Assembly: GCA_902597175.1 (NCBI GenBank) | Contig: CACJWN010000003.1 | Coordinates: forward strand, 52,642-116,641 | Direction of reading: 5' to 3' | From: an uncultured Pelagibacteraceae bacterium | Lineage (GTDB): Bacteria; Pseudomonadota; Alphaproteobacteria; Pelagibacterales; Pelagibacteraceae | DNA length: 64,000 bases | Shown: positions 1 through 8,390 of the stretch, in pieces | Position numbering within the stretch: the first letter of the stretch is position 1 | How the letters are laid out: the number at the start of each line of letters is the position of its first letter | Translations under genes and position numbers: made by a program | Notes under the pieces: model-generated | What the model saw: the letters and a program-made list of their open reading frames with translations, nothing else | What the model was told of the DNA's origin: nothing | The model's database searches: none

Positions 1-366
1 TGGGGGTCTAACAGCGCAAAAAACTTGCTCATTATTCTTGATTAAATCATCACAAGCAGCAATACCGGAGCCGCATGCTCTTAAAATTGCATTCTCACTA
101 TTCGGACATAACATCGTATCTGCGTATGGCTCTTTCTCGACACCAATAATTCCTTCGTTTGGAATGTTAGCAAATATCTCTTCAATATGTTTCTTAGGAT
201 GCACTAATGAAACTATTTCTAAATCCACCTTAGGAGCCTCTTTAAATTCTATTTTTAAATCGGATGATTTAATAGATTTTAGAATGCTATCTAATCTTTC
301 TTTTCTCTCTGGATGTCCTTGTCCATTAAATTTTAGTAAACAATCTGGATGACTGTATACAATCAT
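1..366 (-). CDS. Histone deacetylase/AcuC-family amidohydrolase, N-terminal part (runs off window start; not in ORF track)
   Basis: Manual minus-strand translation from ATG at 366 gives MIVYSHPDCLLKFNGQGHPERKERLDSI...EQVFCAVRPP, with the HPE..RL and RPP(GHH) motifs of the family. ATGA overlap with the SDR stop at 363-366. Confidence 0.85.
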   Translation of the reverse strand, partial: MIVYSHPDCLLKFNGQGHPERKERLDSILKSIKSSDLKIEFKEAPKVDLEIVSLVHPKKHIEEIFANIPNEGIIGVEKEPYADTMLCPNSENAILRACGSGIAACDDLIKNNEQVFCAVRPP

Positions 367-1109
367 CTTAAATTTTTAATTTTTCCACCATCTATTGAAA
401 AGTTTTTGAAATTTGAATTTTTATCTTTAATCAGTTTATAAACTAAATTTGCGACTTCTTCAGGTTTTGTAGGTCTTTTAATTTTCTCAATTTTGCACCT
501 TTGTTTTAAAATTTGTTTAACACTTCTTTTAAATATTTTTGCGTCTGTTTGTAGAAGTTTTTCTAGTCTACTTGTCAAAGTCATACCTGGATGAATTATC
601 GATACAGAAACTTTATCAATTTTACCTTGCATAGCTAAAGCTTTTGAAAAATTGTTTAACGCTGAATTAACAGCGCCGCCTATCATAAATGTATTTGAAG
701 GATTTCTAGCAGCCCCTCCTCCAATATTAATAACTTTTCCTTTGCTTCTTTTTAGAGCAGGCCAAAAAGCTCTGCTTAATCTTACTGCAGCTTTAAATTT
801 TAAATTAAATCCATCTTCCCAGATATTGTCATTTAGATTTAAAAATTTTCCTCCCTTCGTTGCCCCTGCTACATTTATGAGGTAATCCAATTTTTTAATT
901 TTTTTAGCAACCGAATTACATGCAGATAATGATCTCAAGTCTTTAGAAATGATTAAAGAATTTTTAGGAAATTTTAAATTCTTTTGAAAAGTATTTAATT
1001 TACTTTTTGATCTTGAAACTAAAATAACTTTAATTTTTTTATCATTAAGCTTATCAGCTATTGCTGCTCCGATGCCTTGGCTAGCCCCTGTGATTAATGC
1101 TGTTTTCAT
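363..1109 (-). CDS. Atypical short-chain dehydrogenase/reductase (no YxxxK)
   Basis: TGASQGIG Rossmann motif, NVAG and IHPG motifs. The catalytic region reads GGAVNSAL instead of YxxxK. Confidence 0.85.
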   Translation of the reverse strand: MKTALITGASQGIGAAIADKLNDKKIKVILVSRSKSKLNTFQKNLKFPKNSLIISKDLRSLSACNSVAKKIKKLDYLINVAGATKGGKFLNLNDNIWEDGFNLKFKAAVRLSRAFWPALKRSKGKVINIGGGAARNPSNTFMIGGAVNSALNNFSKALAMQGKIDKVSVSIIHPGMTLTSRLEKLLQTDAKIFKRSVKQILKQRCKIEKIKRPTKPEEVANLVYKLIKDKNSNFKNFSIDGGKIKNLR

Positions 1110-1885
1110 AAGATCTCAATATTAATATCTCTTAAATTTTCATAAGTCACAATAATTTTGTCTTTCATATTAATTTTGTACGGTTGAGTCAAAGAACCAC
1201 AAAGTAGATAATCTCCTTTTTTAAAACTTATATTTTTATCTTTAAATTCATCAACAAAAGCCTTTAATGAGTTTCTAGGATCTATTCTCTTAGTTCCAGT
1301 GAAATAAGGTTCAGTAACATTATCGTTGATTTTTAATTTAATTTTAATTTTATTAATGTCTGTAGTATGCCAATTCTTTATTTCTTCTCCAATAATAATC
1401 TTACCTCCATTTCCATGGTCAGAAATTCCAAGATACATTTGAACTAGTTTATCAAATTTATTTTTTGAATTTTGTACGTATCTTGAAGACGTAATATCAA
1501 TAGCTGTATATAATTTAAAATTATTTATCCTATTTAGTAATTTGCTATCAATTTTTACATCTTGATCAATTTCAAATGCATATTCACATTCCAATTTGGA
1601 GTAAGGGATTTCTGAATATTTAATCGAGCAATTAGAAGGTAAAATAGTTTCTTTAAAAATTTTACCTGGTACAGGTCCATCAAATCCCTCCTCTTTTTGA
1701 ACTTCTTTAGCAACTGCTCCTATCTTCCAACCCACTGTCTTTTTATCCAATTCTTTATAAAATATATTTAAAGCTTTATATGCTTCATCTCGATTTTTAG
1801 GAATTTCATTTTCAGTGAACCCATTTAGATCAACTAAAGTTTTCTTTGTCCATGCATTTGCTAGTTCTGTACCCAACTTGTTCAT
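1106..1885 (-). CDS. 2-keto-4-pentenoate hydratase (MhpD)-like / FAH-superfamily hydratase-decarboxylase
   Basis: VGWKIG, GPVPG, LECEYAF, AIDITSSR, ISDHG and GDYLLCGS motifs. Confidence 0.75.
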   Translation of the reverse strand: MNKLGTELANAWTKKTLVDLNGFTENEIPKNRDEAYKALNIFYKELDKKTVGWKIGAVAKEVQKEEGFDGPVPGKIFKETILPSNCSIKYSEIPYSKLECEYAFEIDQDVKIDSKLLNRINNFKLYTAIDITSSRYVQNSKNKFDKLVQMYLGISDHGNGGKIIIGEEIKNWHTTDINKIKIKLKINDNVTEPYFTGTKRIDPRNSLKAFVDEFKDKNISFKKGDYLLCGSLTQPYKINMKDKIIVTYENLRDINIEIL

Positions 1886-1936
1886 AATAAAAATTATATT
1901 TAATTGATAAACTTCTTTAAATGATATTAATAGATT

Positions 1937-2899
1937 ATGGAATTAACAATCGAAAAAGCCAAGTTTCATCAAATTTCTTTAAAACAAGTAAGCGAAGCTT
2001 TAAAAAAAGGTTTATCAAAAAACTATATTGAAGTTGATGTTTCAATTGTTGAGTGCCCTGATCTAAGAAAGTGGGATTGCCCTGCTGAAGGTATAAGTGG
2101 AAACCAAAGAATTATAGATGTTGGTGGTGAACCATACATGCACGATAAAAGGTTCATAGGTACTGAATTTGATTATGAAGAAATAGCAAAAAGAATAGGC
2201 TCAGAGAAATCTTATGCTTTAGGTGCGGGATCAGGAGCAATGTCGTGCTTAGAGGGTCACTGTGGAGAGCTTATTATTAATGAAAATTTAATTACTAATG
2301 AGTCAAAATCAATAATTGCTCAAATTGATGAAAATAAAAAATGTAAATCAACTCCTTACAATCACCGAAAGCATGGCGGACTAGGAAATATCTTTTACTC
2401 CGAAGGAAAAAAAGGAGATGTTATAAAAATTAAAATTAAAGGAAGGTCTGGTGAGCAAGGCTCTTTACCTCAATCTATGAGAACTGCATTAATTGAAAAT
2501 TTAGAAACAAATTTAAGTGTTGCATTAGGAGGTGTTTTTAGAATCTTAAATGGTAAGATTAAATCCCATGTCCAACCAGACTATGCAGATATAAAACACA
2601 AATATTATGATCCAAAACAAATGAAATGTGTTAAGGATTTTTTACAGTTTTACGAACCTATAGGACCACATTTTCAATGTTATTCAGTTTTATGGACTAA
2701 TGATCCCTCTGGAGGAAAATTAGATTTAAGAGAGTCGGGAGAACACACTCATTTTCATTCTTATAAAGGTGCTCAAGATGCCGGCCACTATCATTTCGAT
2801 GTAACCCCTAATGAAATTGAATATGAATGCTATTTCAATACCGCCGAGGAAGTTCATAGAGTAAACAATATTTACAAGGAATTGAAAAATACTAATTAG
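1937..2899 (+). CDS. DUF1907 / C11orf54 (PTD012)-like Zn-binding protein
   Basis: VECPDLR, GISG..RIIDVGGEPY and DLR..EHTHFHS...GHYHFDVTP..IEY..YF match remembered C11orf54 family motifs, including the His triad. Confidence 0.85.
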   Translation: MELTIEKAKFHQISLKQVSEALKKGLSKNYIEVDVSIVECPDLRKWDCPAEGISGNQRIIDVGGEPYMHDKRFIGTEFDYEEIAKRIGSEKSYALGAGSGAMSCLEGHCGELIINENLITNESKSIIAQIDENKKCKSTPYNHRKHGGLGNIFYSEGKKGDVIKIKIKGRSGEQGSLPQSMRTALIENLETNLSVALGGVFRILNGKIKSHVQPDYADIKHKYYDPKQMKCVKDFLQFYEPIGPHFQCYSVLWTNDPSGGKLDLRESGEHTHFHSYKGAQDAGHYHFDVTPNEIEYECYFNTAEEVHRVNNIYKELKNTN

Positions 2900-2916
2900 T
2901 TTGATTAAATATAAAT

Positions 2917-3729
2917 ATGAAAAATATTTATACTTGGGCGGCTAATCCTGCAAAAAGAACTGTCACTGTAGGTGATATTATTGAAGCTAAAGGAAAAAAA
3001 ATTCTTACACAAGTAACTGCAAATAATTCATTAGAGGCAAAAGCAGCTGAAGAAGCAGGTTTTGACATGATAATAGGAAGTGCTTCAAATGTTAAGAAGG
3101 TTCGGGAAGGATCCAAGTCTCTTTTTTATACTGCAGCACTCGAACTACATAATTATCCTACAGCCGAGGATGTGTTACGTGGAGCCTTTAAAGCTTTAGA
3201 GAATGGTGCTGATGCGGTTATGACTGCCAGAAGTATGGATGTTGTTTCTATGCTTGCAAAAGAAGATGTTCCAGTTATGGGTCATTTAGGTTTGGTTCCT
3301 AGAAAATCTACATGGATTGGTGGCTTAAGAGCTGTAGGTAAAACTGCTGATGAAGCATACGAACTATTTAAAAAATTTAAACGTTTAGAGGATGCTGGGG
3401 CCTTTTCAGCCGAATGTGAAGTTATTCCTGAAAATATTATGGGGGAAATATCAAAAAGGACGAGTATTGTAACTGTATCTCTAGGATCTGGAAAAAAAGC
3501 TGATGTTATGTATCTATTCATGAATGATATTTGTGGAGAGCAAGAAAAGTCCCCTAGACATGCAAAAGCTTATACAAATTTAAAAAAGATGAAAGATGAA
3601 ATTGAAATCGAAAGAGTTAGAGCCTTAAAAGCATTTATCAAAGATAGTTTAGAGGGGAAATTTCCTGGGCCTGAAAATTCAGTAAATGTTAGTGAAGAAA
3701 TTTTAGAAAATTTTAAAAAGAAACTTTAA
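2917..3729 (+). CDS. PanB-like (ketopantoate hydroxymethyltransferase fold) protein, divergent active site
   Basis: PVMGHLGLVP, GGLRAVGK, AGAF..ECEVIP, SLGSG, PRHAK and F.PG motifs. The canonical GDSL, ADMPF and KLEG motifs are absent. Confidence 0.75.
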   Translation: MKNIYTWAANPAKRTVTVGDIIEAKGKKILTQVTANNSLEAKAAEEAGFDMIIGSASNVKKVREGSKSLFYTAALELHNYPTAEDVLRGAFKALENGADAVMTARSMDVVSMLAKEDVPVMGHLGLVPRKSTWIGGLRAVGKTADEAYELFKKFKRLEDAGAFSAECEVIPENIMGEISKRTSIVTVSLGSGKKADVMYLFMNDICGEQEKSPRHAKAYTNLKKMKDEIEIERVRALKAFIKDSLEGKFPGPENSVNVSEEILENFKKKL

Positions 3730-4652
3730 TCTTTTTTAATAGGAATAGTTGGGTGTCTTGTTGTTGAAGTAACAATGTTTTTCTTTAATTTTACTTCTCT
3801 CAAAACGATATATACACCTGCTGCAATTATTATTAAGTTTCCTATATAATTATTAATTGTAGGTATCTCATTAAAAACAACGTAACCCAAAAATACACCT
3901 GCAAAAATTTGAGTATATAAAATTGATCCAAAAATTGCTCCAGGCAGGTGTCTAGCAGCATTGATGACAAATATCATGGCTGTTCCTCTAGAAATTCCAG
4001 AAATAGCGTTCAATACTAAATCATTAAAAGTCATCTCTTTGAAAACAAAGAATACAAATATACCAGAAAACAATATCATAAAAATTTTTCCGAATATTAA
4101 AAATGAGAACAAGCTTTCCTCATAACCATATTTTCTTACTATTAAATAACTTGCAGACGCAAAAATTGGGCACAACAAAGCTACAAATGCGTAACTGTTA
4201 ATTTCGGCTCCAAAAGGATTAATAGAAATAAGTGTTCCGATAAAACCAATTACTATAGCAGTAAATCTTTTCCATCTAACAACTTCACCTAAAAATAAAA
4301 CTGATCCGATGGTTATTAATAATGGTATTAAAAATACAATACTGTACATAGTAACCATTGGTAATAAATAGAATCCTGTGTATGCAAAAAAAACAGCTAA
4401 CACCATCGTTAAAGTTCTAAAAAAATGAATTTTTAAATTAGCACCCTTTAATTCTTTCCAGCCATCGAGGGTTTGAGTGTACAAAATAATAGGTATAAGA
4501 GCGAACAAGGAGTTGACGAAAATTATCTGTATTATGTCGTAATCTTCAGCAATATATTTTACTATTGCATCTTGAGTTACAAATAAAAAATACCCGAGGC
4601 AAGCTAGAAAAAATTCGGGAAGATAATTCTTCTCCGATAATTTTGAATTCAT
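3726..4652 (-). CDS. DMT/EamA-family transporter
   Basis: About 10 hydrophobic helices; FLGEVV.WKR..A...GFIG and FNEIP motifs. Confidence 0.85.
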   Translation of the reverse strand: MNSKLSEKNYLPEFFLACLGYFLFVTQDAIVKYIAEDYDIIQIIFVNSLFALIPIILYTQTLDGWKELKGANLKIHFFRTLTMVLAVFFAYTGFYLLPMVTMYSIVFLIPLLITIGSVLFLGEVVRWKRFTAIVIGFIGTLISINPFGAEINSYAFVALLCPIFASASYLIVRKYGYEESLFSFLIFGKIFMILFSGIFVFFVFKEMTFNDLVLNAISGISRGTAMIFVINAARHLPGAIFGSILYTQIFAGVFLGYVVFNEIPTINNYIGNLIIIAAGVYIVLREVKLKKNIVTSTTRHPTIPIKKD

Positions 4653-5635
4653 TAAATAATATTTGCTAAATCTCTTTTAGTTCCTTTAAATGTAGGAAGA
4701 GGATATTTATAAGACCATTTTCTTGGAATGCATTTTACTTTAGCTTTTTCCCATAAAGCTATCCATTGTTTGTAATTTTGTACTTTTATATTTTTTTTGT
4801 TTTTACTTTTAACAATAAAATTAGGCAATGGATCTCTTCCTGAAGGCTGACCTGCTTTATTATATCTCAAGTCCATACTTATTCTAAAATTTTTTGATTT
4901 ATTTGGTAGTGAACAATGAAGTAGATATCTATTTAATAATATTATATCGCCGACATCAGCTTCGAGGGGCACGGTTGATAATTTATCGATTATTTCTTTG
5001 CCTCTAACTTCTACTTGTCCCTTGCTTCCAAAATCGTGGTTAACAAGTCCAAATTTATGACTTTCTTTTACAGCAAGCATACAACCATTTTCTATTCTTG
5101 TTTTAGTAAAAGGTATCCAACACGTTATTAGTTCAGTACCCTTCTGTCCTTTTTTATTCATAACACCGGCATCTTGATGCCAAGGAGTTCTTCCAACTAG
5201 GCCGTCATTTAAATTCTTTTTTGCAACACCTTTTTCAGGTTGTTTGATTCTTGAATTTTGACAAGGATTAGAAGCTATCTCGGGACCTAGAATTTTTTCA
5301 ATCTTATCTAAAATCTTTTTATTTTTAATTAAATTCCATATTGATTGACTCGCAAAAAAATCACTATTAGCGTTTATGTTTTTTTCAGGAAGTCTTATGT
5401 TAAAATATTGATCAAGTTCAGGAATATCTAAAGAAACCAAATATGAATATTTTTTCTTAAACTCATAATTTAGTACTTTTACTTTATCACTTTTAGGAAC
5501 AAATCTATGAATAAGCCTATCCATGATAAAAGCCATATCATTTAAAATTGGTTCTAAATCTTCTTTATAATCTAAAACACCCTTTAATCTTATGAAACCT
5601 TGTTTCTCAAAAATTTTTTTAATATTTTGAACCAT
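4652..5635 (-). CDS. Phytanoyl-CoA dioxygenase (PhyH)-family Fe(II)/2OG oxygenase
   Basis: F..QGF, PWHQD, CWIP, ENGC...SHK and GD......LLHCS.PN....R.S.D.RY motifs. Confidence 0.9.
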   Translation of the reverse strand: MVQNIKKIFEKQGFIRLKGVLDYKEDLEPILNDMAFIMDRLIHRFVPKSDKVKVLNYEFKKKYSYLVSLDIPELDQYFNIRLPEKNINANSDFFASQSIWNLIKNKKILDKIEKILGPEIASNPCQNSRIKQPEKGVAKKNLNDGLVGRTPWHQDAGVMNKKGQKGTELITCWIPFTKTRIENGCMLAVKESHKFGLVNHDFGSKGQVEVRGKEIIDKLSTVPLEADVGDIILLNRYLLHCSLPNKSKNFRISMDLRYNKAGQPSGRDPLPNFIVKSKNKKNIKVQNYKQWIALWEKAKVKCIPRKWSYKYPLPTFKGTKRDLANII

Positions 5636-5673
5636 TGAATCGATTTAAGTGTTAAAATATTACCAAATTCATT

Positions 5674-6471
5674 TTAGACTGCAAGGGCTTTTCTCATCTC
5701 TTCATCGTCCATTTTTTTACCTAAATACGCCTCGATTACAGCATTGTCATCTTTTACTTGAGCTGGAGTACCCTCTGCAATTTTCTGACCATGGTCAAAA
5801 ACAGTTACTGAATTACAAGTATCCATTACGACTTTTAAAATATGCTCTATAATAATAAGAGTAAGGCCATATTTTTCTTTCAGCTGCATAATAATTTTCA
5901 TTAAATTGTCTACATTGACTGGAGATAAACCTGCGGCTGGTTCGTCTAACATTAATAATTTTGGTTTCATAGCGATTGCTCTTGCTAAAACTAATAATCT
6001 TCTCTGACCTCCAGAAAGCTCACTAGCGTTTAGCTCTGCATAGTCTGCTAATCCCACAAAAGAAAGAAGTTCCATCATTTCTTCTTTGATAGCTCTTTCT
6101 TGATCCCAGATTTTTTTTCTTCCTATTACTGCATCGAAAAACTTGTAAGGCACTCTAGTATGATATCCCGACATAACATTATCTATAACTGTCATATCTT
6201 GGTAAAGTCTTAGTAATTGGAACGTTCTTGATAAACCATAGCTAGCAATCTCATGTGGAGGTGCAAAAGTAATATCATGACCATCAAACTCAATATAGCT
6301 TCCAGGATCGCTATCATAGATTCCTGAAACTAAATTAAAAAATGTACTTTTGCCTGAGCCATTGGGTCCAATTATTCCTCTAATTTCATTTTTTGGAAGT
6401 TCAAAATCAACTTTATTTATAGCTTTCAAGCCACCAAATGATTTAGATAATTGTTTAGTTTTTAAAATCAT
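5674..6471 (-). CDS. livG: HAAT/Liv-type ABC transporter ATPase (LivG-like)
   Basis: FGGL.A, GPNGSGKST, RTFQ, LSGGQRR, LDEPAAG, IEH and VIEAYLG motifs. Confidence 0.9.
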   Translation of the reverse strand: MILKTKQLSKSFGGLKAINKVDFELPKNEIRGIIGPNGSGKSTFFNLVSGIYDSDPGSYIEFDGHDITFAPPHEIASYGLSRTFQLLRLYQDMTVIDNVMSGYHTRVPYKFFDAVIGRKKIWDQERAIKEEMMELLSFVGLADYAELNASELSGGQRRLLVLARAIAMKPKLLMLDEPAAGLSPVNVDNLMKIIMQLKEKYGLTLIIIEHILKVVMDTCNSVTVFDHGQKIAEGTPAQVKDDNAVIEAYLGKKMDDEEMRKALAV

Positions 6472-7460
6472 GTTGTTTTTTCTGTTCCAGTTTTCTTTTT
6501 AAATCTTTTTTCTAAGAAATATCTGTCAATAAAACCGCCTAAACCCTTAGGCATAAATAAAATAGTTAATACAATTGTTAAACCAAATATTAAAAGTTGA
6601 TATTTATATAATGGTCTAGTTAAGTCATAAACAATTGTAATTACTATAGCTCCAATAATTCCACCCCAAATATGACCAAGACCTCCTAGGACAACCATAG
6701 CTAAGAAAGTTACCATTTCTATAACTGTGTAATTATTAGGATGTATGTATCCTGGAGGCATGTGAGCATAAACTGCACCTGCAGCACCAGCAAACATAGC
6801 GCTAAGAATAAAAGCTAAGATCTTATATTTTTTTACATTAATTCCAGCGGCTGCAGCACAAATTGGATCCTCCCTGATAGACATAAACGCTCTTCCAACT
6901 CCAGATCTTAAAATACTGAATGAGAAGTAAACCGCTATAATCATTATTGTCATTGAGATGAAATAATATCTATCTGGAGAGTCGAAGTTGTAACCCATTA
7001 AAGAAGGTGTTGGAATATCAGAAATACCAAATGTAGATCTAAAAAAGTTTCCGTTTTCAATAAATAATCTTATTGCCTCACCTCCGCCTAATGTCGCTAA
7101 GGCTAAATAAGGACCTTCCAATCTAAAAGATGGAATTCCCATTGCTACTCCAAAAAATGCAGTAACTATTATAGCTATGGGTAAAGTTGCCCAAAAACCA
7201 AGTCCTAAATATAAAAACAATGTTCCAGCGGTATAAGAACCAACTGCAAATAAGCCAACGTGTCCAACTGTAACTTGACCGCAATAACCCTTAACAATGT
7301 TTAGTCCTGCAGCAACTACAATGTTCACAAATATTAAAGTAGCTAAATGCGACTGATAAACATCCGTGAAAACTACTGACGGTACAAAAGCTAAGATGAC
7401 GAAAGCTATAATAAAAGCAATAAAAGGATAATCTCTGATAATCGATTTAAATTTTTCCAT
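6468..7460 (-). CDS. livM: HAAT/Liv-type ABC permease (LivM-like)
   Basis: GLN...GY.GQ...GH, RL.GPYLALATL, GRAF.SIRED and MVVLGGLG motifs. Confidence 0.9.
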   Translation of the reverse strand: MEKFKSIIRDYPFIAFIIAFVILAFVPSVVFTDVYQSHLATLIFVNIVVAAGLNIVKGYCGQVTVGHVGLFAVGSYTAGTLFLYLGLGFWATLPIAIIVTAFFGVAMGIPSFRLEGPYLALATLGGGEAIRLFIENGNFFRSTFGISDIPTPSLMGYNFDSPDRYYFISMTIMIIAVYFSFSILRSGVGRAFMSIREDPICAAAAGINVKKYKILAFILSAMFAGAAGAVYAHMPPGYIHPNNYTVIEMVTFLAMVVLGGLGHIWGGIIGAIVITIVYDLTRPLYKYQLLIFGLTIVLTILFMPKGLGGFIDRYFLEKRFKKKTGTEKTT

Positions 7461-8326
7461 TATCCAACTTCTCTCATTAAATAATCTGAGTCGTGTGAAG
7501 ATGTAAGCATTCTTTTGTTTGTTTTCTTAATTTTGGGTAAATAGCTAACGTTTTTATATCTCCATACAACAGGTTTACTTAAAGCATAACTTCCATAAAT
7601 GAAAAATCTTTTCTTGCCTTTGATTTCTCTGAATAAAGATACACCATGGTAAGAGTTAGGTGTAGATTGGAAAAAAATTACACTCCCTTTTGACGGAGTA
7701 AATTCTTTAACTTTTGCTAGTTCAGAAATACCAGGAAATCTTTTAAAACTTTTTCTATATTTCATATCAGTTTTCTTTTTAAAAATTGATAAAGCTCCTC
7801 CATTTTTTTTTGGTATATCGTTTAAATAAATAAGAAAATTATAAAGTCTTGTTACATCATCTCTGTGCGGCCTTAATCTATAACCGCCCCTAGAAACAGA
7901 AAAATCTATGTCTAAATTTACATTCGGGTTTTTATAAGTTTTACCTAACATTTTCATTAATTCTTTTGAATTCATTAATTTTTTATTTGTAAATTTTTCC
8001 CGCAAAAATTTACTAGGCAAGTATGCATTAGACCAACCATAATCCTTAAAAGTTTTTTTAAATCTATTTTCAACTTTTTTGTAAAAAGATTGGCTATTAA
8101 ATTGTTTATATAATTTGTTAGATAATTTTGATTTTTTTAAATAATTTTTAAAATTACTTGACCCTTTGTTAATTCTATTTCTACCACCTTGTATTAAATC
8201 ATCAAATGATTTTGCATTTCGAATTTCGTTTATAAGTTTTTCACAATCTTTTTTTGAAATAGCACCTTTGCCAACCATTACAGGAAAGTTGCTTTTTACT
8301 TTCTTCAATTTATTAACGTTTATCAT
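7460..8326 (-). CDS. 2OG-Fe(II) oxygenase superfamily protein
   Basis: GY.L.PHRD (HxD), FLIYLN, GG.L and NSYHGV...R motifs. Confidence 0.75.
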   Translation of the reverse strand: MINVNKLKKVKSNFPVMVGKGAISKKDCEKLINEIRNAKSFDDLIQGGRNRINKGSSNFKNYLKKSKLSNKLYKQFNSQSFYKKVENRFKKTFKDYGWSNAYLPSKFLREKFTNKKLMNSKELMKMLGKTYKNPNVNLDIDFSVSRGGYRLRPHRDDVTRLYNFLIYLNDIPKKNGGALSIFKKKTDMKYRKSFKRFPGISELAKVKEFTPSKGSVIFFQSTPNSYHGVSLFREIKGKKRFFIYGSYALSKPVVWRYKNVSYLPKIKKTNKRMLTSSHDSDYLMREVG

Positions 8327-8342
8327 TTTTGTGGTTTCCTTG

Positions 8343-8375
8343 AAAAAAATGAGCGGTAGTTTTACCTACCGCTCA
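8343..8375 (-). terminator. Intrinsic terminator / mRNA-stabilising hairpin after the substrate-binding protein gene
   Basis: Perfect 10-bp stem tgagcggtag (8350-8359) / ctaccgctca (8366-8375), 6-nt loop, and a U7 tail on the minus strand (A-run 8343-8349). Confidence 0.85.
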
Positions 8376-8390
8376 CAATTTTTTTAACTA

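Noticed and set aside
38-352. 104-aa plus-strand ORF and the many other short ORFs antisense to or nested in long genes (e.g. 652-885, 12093-12416, 31668-32126, 36721-37092)
   Set aside because: Shadow frames of well-supported genes on the opposite strand, with no recognisable motifs.
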